A DNA stretch of 64,000 bases. Source: Neodothiora populina (Eukaryota). This document shows positions 58,001 through 64,000 of the stretch, one piece after another. Both the position numbers and the translations under genes were made by a program. Each line of letters starts with the position of its first letter. Positions within the stretch are counted from its first letter, which is position 1. The notes under the pieces are model-generated. The model worked only from the letters and a program-made list of their open reading frames with translations. It did not search any database and was not told the DNA's origin. The stretch is from assembly GCF_041146345.1 (NCBI RefSeq), contig NW_027191410.1, forward strand, positions 434,001 through 498,000, read 5' to 3'.

Positions 58001-59155
58001 CTCAGGACACACCACCAAGTCCTGGTCGGAGTATTGTTCCTTGATTGGCCTGACTCACGAAAATATGCTAATGACTTATCCGGTCGGTCAGGGACGGTCC
58101 GCACCGATTTGTAACCTTGCAGCTGTCGCGCCCGTATCGACGTCCCAAATACGAAGTGAGATGCATAATGTGATGCACCAAGTGGCGAACGTCCCTCTCT
58201 CAAACCAAGATAATCTACTTATCTGAGACTGACTGAGCCCCGATTGATCGATATGGGTTCGGTCTCCCTTGCAGACGGTGGCACTCCGCCCAAATGCCCT
58301 TTCCCTTTCCGGAGTCGTCAAAATGTGAAGTATTCACCCGAGCAGGGGACTAGGATGCAGTAAACAGGACGCGGAGTGGGGAAATGGCGCAGGTAGCGCC
58401 TTCGCTACAGGGCAGCCCGGTTAAACCTTGTCTTGTGCGACTCAACGTCAAGTCCCAATAATCCACCACGATTGTGATCAAATCTTACTTTGCTCCGACC
58501 AACATATGACCTTCTCTACTCACTACTGCGAATAATAACATGTACTGTGCATGATCGGAATCTTTCACACTCGAGCTACCGACATGCAGGGCTTCGTTCC
58601 ATCGCGATGCTAGTATTGCACCTCACCGCACTAATCATGCGTCGGGAACCACTTCCGGATACCTTGGCAAGACCAGAACTTTGGAATGAGAAATTATTGG
58701 GCATTAATGTGTCTTTTGTCTAGATGATGAGACTTTTGACGCTCGCAGCTAGATCCTGCCTATGAAACCCAGATGCTTTTGGCCCAGTGCTCCAGCCCAG
58801 ATTGATCCATATCGCATAGTCTATAGTAAGTCCAGGCTTTTTTCGCCGTAACAACAGATCGGCTTAATATACAGAGTTCGGGGAACGTATTTCCTTATCC
58901 TTTCATGACTCTCAAACGCCATCGCTAGCAATTAAATCGTGGGTGGATGATTTTCCCTAAAGGTAGCTCGTGCTTTCCCGCGCTTTGTCGACTCCGTAGT
59001 TGTGGAACCCCAGTGTAATCAACGTATCCCCACCAACCAATTCCTGCCCAAGGGTATCTAGAACGCCTATTCCCGTGTAAAGAAATCCAGTTCTTATCGT
59101 ACATGATGCAAATTGTGAACCCTGTAAGGGAGACAAATCACCAGTTGGCCGCATA

Positions 59156-60496
59156 TCACATTGCCATCCAGGATTGTTCGGCTCCGAATCCGTAGCCGAA
59201 TCCGGGTGTGTCATTCTCGATCTTGCACGAAAATGGAGCGGTGTACATGGCTTGGTCTTGGACGCCGACCATAGTGGGCCAGTATGACGATTCTGTAGTC
59301 AATGGAATGTTGACCATTGGAGATGGTGACACCGTAGTCACTGCGCGGGCTCGGCTAGGGTAGGGTTCATCGCGATAGCTTTTGCCATGACGCGAGGTGT
59401 CATGCCAATTCGTAGACCGCGCGGCAGCTGCGGCGCGACGATTAGCGAGCCTTCGCGTGGCTTGTCCTCCCTTGGCTCCGGACTTCACTCGCTTATCGTC
59501 AGGGGTACCGTTGCGGTTGGCACGCTGCGCCTTTCGCTTACCATCTCCCTTACGGTATCTTGTCGTTGACTGAATGCCGTTGGTTACAGCATCATCTGTC
59601 AACCTCCAAAAGCTGCGCTGTTTGCTTCCGCTGCTAGCCGAGCTATCATCGACGACTTTCTCAAAACCCTGATGTTCTTAGCATTAGAAGCAAGCTACTT
59701 CGATCGAGATAGAGATCCTTACCTGGTTCATGGAAAGGTTATGCCTGACACTGTTTTTCCAGCCCGTGCTGTTTGGATCTCTTGCCTTTGGACTGTGCTC
59801 AGCTACCCAGGTATAGAGATCACGGAGCGACATTGTGTGATTTGGGGCTTCGAGAAGGCATTTGCGCAGAAGTTCTGCATAGCAAGGATCGGCTGTGTCA
59901 GAGTCGTCTTCATCCGGACTATCGGCCGAGACTGTCTGTGGGTATTCATCGTCGCATTCGTTCTTGTATCTCGGAGACTCCGAGGCTGTCACTCGTGGAC
60001 ATGTGGGTCGATCAGAAGCAGGAGAGGAACTCTCGTAACCCAGCTCCGGTAATTGCACGGGGAGATACTGCTCACATGGACAATACTCGTAGTTTGCTGT
60101 ACTTGAAGGCCAGGCCGGACCTTGAGGTAAGTAGTTTGCGCTTGATTGGGGCGGCAAAGAGTACGTCCACGGCAATGCTGAAGTCGATGGATCGATGCTG
60201 GTTGGCAAGAGGCCACCATTGAATGTTCCATGTACATCGAACATGGACGGGTTAGAGAAGACTGGTACCCCCATATCAAACATTTGGGATCCATGAGGAA
60301 TGGTGCGAAAGTCTTTCCCATCATACTGAGATGATGTCTCGTCTACAGCTGGTGTTTGAGATTGCTCAGATCCAGCATAAGCGTTGAAGCCGCCCATTAC
60401 TGGTGGAGACAGGCGAGTCTGGAACGTTGCCATGTGCTGCTGATGTTGAGCATACCAAGGTGGGAATGCATACTCGTAAGTAGCGTAGTCAGTCAT
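59156..60496 (-). CDS. Forkhead-domain transcription factor
   Basis: Exons 60496-59723 and 59668-59156. Motifs PCYAELLRKCLLEAPNHTMSLRDLYTW, GWKNSVRHNLSMNQGFEKV and SFWRLTD.A...GIQSTTRYRK. Confidence 0.9.
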
Positions 60497-61957
60497 GGCT
60501 GATTGCCAAGCGATCACCTTTACGAAGAGAGGATCTTCAAGGTGGGATGTAAGACCAAAATCGGCTAGAGCTTTTTGGTCTTTCAAGAAAGATATCTATG
60601 GGTCAACAAGTATCTGGTGGTCAAGAGAAGGATTTTGTGTGGAAAGGAAGTGCAAGGGGGGGCCGGCGGAAGACTTTATGTAGATACAAAGAGTCAAGCG
60701 GGCTGATTGGGTTTTCTCTCTGAAACAGAAGAGGCTTTTAACATGCGACGGTAGATCTAGAGAAGGATGATAGAAAACAACAAAGTGGATGCATCGTCCA
60801 ATAGACATTAGGCGGGAAATTTAAAGATTGAAAGAGCACAAACCACCAGAATGGGAAAGCTATCACAATGCGGGATATGGCAATGCAAGCATGAGCTGGC
60901 ACAGATGGCCTATCAATCACGCCCATGAGCGTGACAAAGAAGTGTCCTCATTACATGCGGTACTACGGCATAGACATCACAAAAGGGGACCACCAGGCAG
61001 TACAAAGTGGCTTTGCCAGGCGGACGGACCATGCGTATCTGTATCTGTCATGCAGTATGTACATACGTTGAGCCATATCCTGGTCTGTACGCCAGACCTG
61101 GGATGCTGCACAAGAAGAGGCAGTATGTAGGGCATAGAGAAACAAGGATACGATAGACGTGTGCAGCGATGCGCTTTGCCGTTGTTTCCCCCCGTCAAGA
61201 TGCGCCTAAGTGGCACTTGCCCCGGCTTCCTGCAAAATTCAATTCTTGTCTAACGCACGACGGACCGTGCTTACAGTTGACTACTGCAACGTCATTAAAC
61301 ACAGATCTGCCTGGCGGTCACGCTCTCGACAGCGATGCATGATGATATTGTGAGAGATTGAGCGAAATGAAGAGACCGGTCGATTCTTGAAATTCGAAGT
61401 TTCGATCACTGTTCCTTCTGTACTATACGTGGGGATCTGAATGTGCCTATACATAAACGCATACCTCGATGAGATCAACACCAGATCAAGCATCATGGCG
61501 CGTCGATACAACGAGAAAACTGGCAATGCTTCCATGCAAGTTTTTATGTCGGTAGTCTTGTGCATAATGGCCGCGTCATCTGTAGCGTGATGGTGGTCCT
61601 GTCATGCTGCGAGCTGGGTTGACATATGCAAGGGCGAGGCGTGGTCCTATGATCAGATGAAGCTTCCTGAAACGCGAAAGGCAATGCTCGTGAGATTCAT
61701 TGGACGCGGTCAATTTGAAAGAAAGCGAGTACAGAACCGCAGCAAGATGCCGGCTCCCGTAACGGTCTCGCAAGAAGAATAGACCATGCGACGACGGGGT
61801 CCTGCACGGGTGTCATGAACGACATCACTTTCTGATCTATGTATTTGGAATGTTCGCAAGAGAGATGAAGTAATTCGGTATTGGTTCTCGAAAAAGCAGA
61901 CCAAAGCAACAAGCGACCAGACGGTGTCCACCAAGTGTGCGATGGAGTGTTTGACCC

Positions 61958-63731
61958 TTACTTCCGGTAGTAGACCTGCAGGCGAATTTGTGTCAGAAAA
62001 AGACATCTCAGGCGTGATGGACCCTAGCGGACTTACTTTCTTGAACTGGAAGTGTAGCTGCAGAATACCCTAATCTGAAGATTAGCAGGTGGATCGATAC
62101 GAGATTTGCGGCGTTTTAGTGCCATACCTTATCGAAGCTGCTTCTGAAGTTGCGATCTCTCTTGGCGCTATAATCCCATTCCTTGTCGACTATTCTGAAA
62201 GCGATGTCCTGATACGGTGGCCCAGCGATGAAACGGATCAAACAGCTATCATCTTCACCAGCGGGAGCGAATGATTGGCCTCGCTTGCGGCCATTTTCTC
62301 TCTCGATTTTGAAAGTCGGGGCTTTAGTGGCATCGACGAGATCGGGATAAAAAATATTGAATTTGTAACCTTGTACGACCTTTGGAGGGGGATTGTCGTG
62401 ATCGTAATGGGTCTGATTATATTTGTTCCACTCATAACCCATCTGTACTCTGTTGAAGTAAAGAGGCTTGCGGGGCTTGTACTTGTTGGCCCAGGAGGGT
62501 GGGGGTAGGTCAAGCTCTTCCTCGACGGCGAATGCTACCTCGTTGTCGCCAAATCCTCGGGCGGCTTCACGTTCGTACAGGGCACTGGTCGTACCCGAAG
62601 CATGTGAGTCATGAGTGAGTTTTCGTCGTTGATGAGTAAGTGCTCCAGTCGTCGAGTCTCTAGCCAGCGTGCCAGATCGAGCGGGGATAAAACCAAGTTT
62701 CAGTACCCTTCGTCGATCGGAAAGCTGTGCGACAGTCAGAAATGCCAATTATATCATGGAAAAGGGCGTTGAACCTACCAATTTGCTTGTGAAGTCGCCC
62801 ACCTCGACCGACGCTAGTGCCTTGTCTTCTGGATTAAGCTTGAGGAAAGGCTCTGGGTCGAGGAGCGTGGCGGCGCGTGCAAGTTCTTTGTCAGCTGTGC
62901 CTTCATCTGTAGCAGGAGCAGCGGCAGGCTGTGCGGTCAAAGTAATGCTTTGCCTCAGATGATCCTGGAACGCGTTGGCGTCCTCCGCTTGTTGCCTGCG
63001 CAACGTATCAAGGCGAGCACCAAGAAGTGACTGTGATACGTGACGTAGTCTCGCCTTGGCCTTGTAGATGGAAATGCTCTTCAACAAGTTCTCCCAATAA
63101 TCGACATCGATGGGCTCATTGGACTTGAGCTTCTGCTTAACCTGCTTGTCCAACGTTTCTAGCTGCTCATACGTCTTGGGCGCTAGTAGTTTATCGAGAT
63201 CAGGAGAGATGGAGGACATGCCGCGAGCGGCCTGAGTACGGTTTCTGCTATACTGTAGTCGGTCTCTGCAGATCACCTTCATCATCTGAAGGAAGAACAA
63301 GTCAGCAACTGGTAGACAAGCTCGCGCACGCATATCTGAATCATCCTTACATTCCAGAAATCTCGGTTGCTCCTGCTCTTCTCAAGCACAAGATAGTTGT
63401 CGATGCCCTGTTCAAGCTCAGAGAGCTGTTCATCGTCCAGGCCTTCGAAGACTCCCTCGGGGTCCACTACGGGCAGCTCTTCCTCGTCGTCGTCGTCGTC
63501 GTCGCTGTTGTATCCATCGCGGGCATTATCGAGTGCGCGTAATGTCACGGCAAGCAAATCGATAGGATCTGATCTGCCCGCGCGCACGCGAATCAAAGCC
63601 TTCTTCTTGGACTGCCTCAACACAAATTTATCTTCATCGGCGACCCAAGCATCCTCTTGCGCATCTGCAGCGCTGCGCTTTGCTGGTATCGTCGATCGGG
63701 GCGGTGGTCGGGGACCGTTGCGATCGGCCAT
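61958..63731 (-). CDS. Cactin (spliceosome-associated factor)
   Basis: Exons 63731-63351, 63285-62779, 62724-62128, 62069-62037 and 61975-61958. Motifs EDKFVLRQSKKKA.IRVR.GR..PID, DVDYWE.LL, KPRKP.YFNRVQMGYEWNKYNQTHYD.DNPPPKVVQGYKFNIFYPDL, AGPPY.DIAF and QLHFQFKKVYYRK*. Confidence 0.94.
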
Positions 63732-64000
63732 GCTGTGTGCGTGCTTCCTGATGTGTTCCTGTCGTGGCTCCGATCCCGGCCTGGGCTATGACGAGGTGAT
63801 GTTCTTCTTCACACCAGGATCTGCTTGTATCACTGATGCAGCGAAGAGTAAGGTCGGCCTCGGCGAGTCGATATTCCAGGTTGCGCCGAAGAGTCTTGTT
63901 CTGGTATGAAGCTGGGACGGTATTGCTGATGGTCGACTTTGATGAACCTGTGATCCGTCCCTGCACAGTGGTCTCTGTAGCCGTTTTCCTTCTCTTTGTC

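Noticed and set aside
1..64000. Transposons, CRISPR arrays, rRNA or secondary-metabolite backbone genes
   Set aside because: No transposase, reverse transcriptase, integrase, PKS or NRPS motifs, terminal repeats, spaced repeat arrays or rRNA-like sequence were seen.

Overview
Gene-dense, intron-containing genomic DNA from a filamentous ascomycete (Pezizomycotina; Dothideomycete-like by protein style, which is an inference). About 22 protein-coding genes can be modelled with GT-AG introns: 6-phosphogluconate dehydrogenase (partial), an IlvD-family dehydratase with an in-frame TAA, a Myb-like protein, a coiled-coil protein, an ABCC transporter, queuosine salvage Qng1, Uba2, an OAR1-like SDR, Elongin C, APRT, RidA, a Zn-finger/TenA fusion, Dom34 (frameshifted in a G8 run), an NCS1 permease, an aldo-keto reductase, an ERD2-like receptor, a PNPOx-like protein, CPD photolyase, a forkhead factor, cactin and several unknowns. 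There are two intron-containing tRNA genes, Arg(ACG) and Ser(GCT). The best signals are non-coding and invisible in the ORF track. (1) The apparently empty 46.9-49.2 kb interval carries, on the minus strand, a ~2.2 kb candidate telomerase RNA gene: UAACCCUAA template, candidate pseudoknot, P5/P6/P6.1 junction, long-range helices, Sm site, and a terminal intron with the non-canonical AUAAGU 5' splice site. (2) A TPP riboswitch sits in a 5'-UTR intron of the NCS1 permease, with the complete NMT1-type alternative-splicing/uORF switch. All structures were read by eye, with no folding or database searches.
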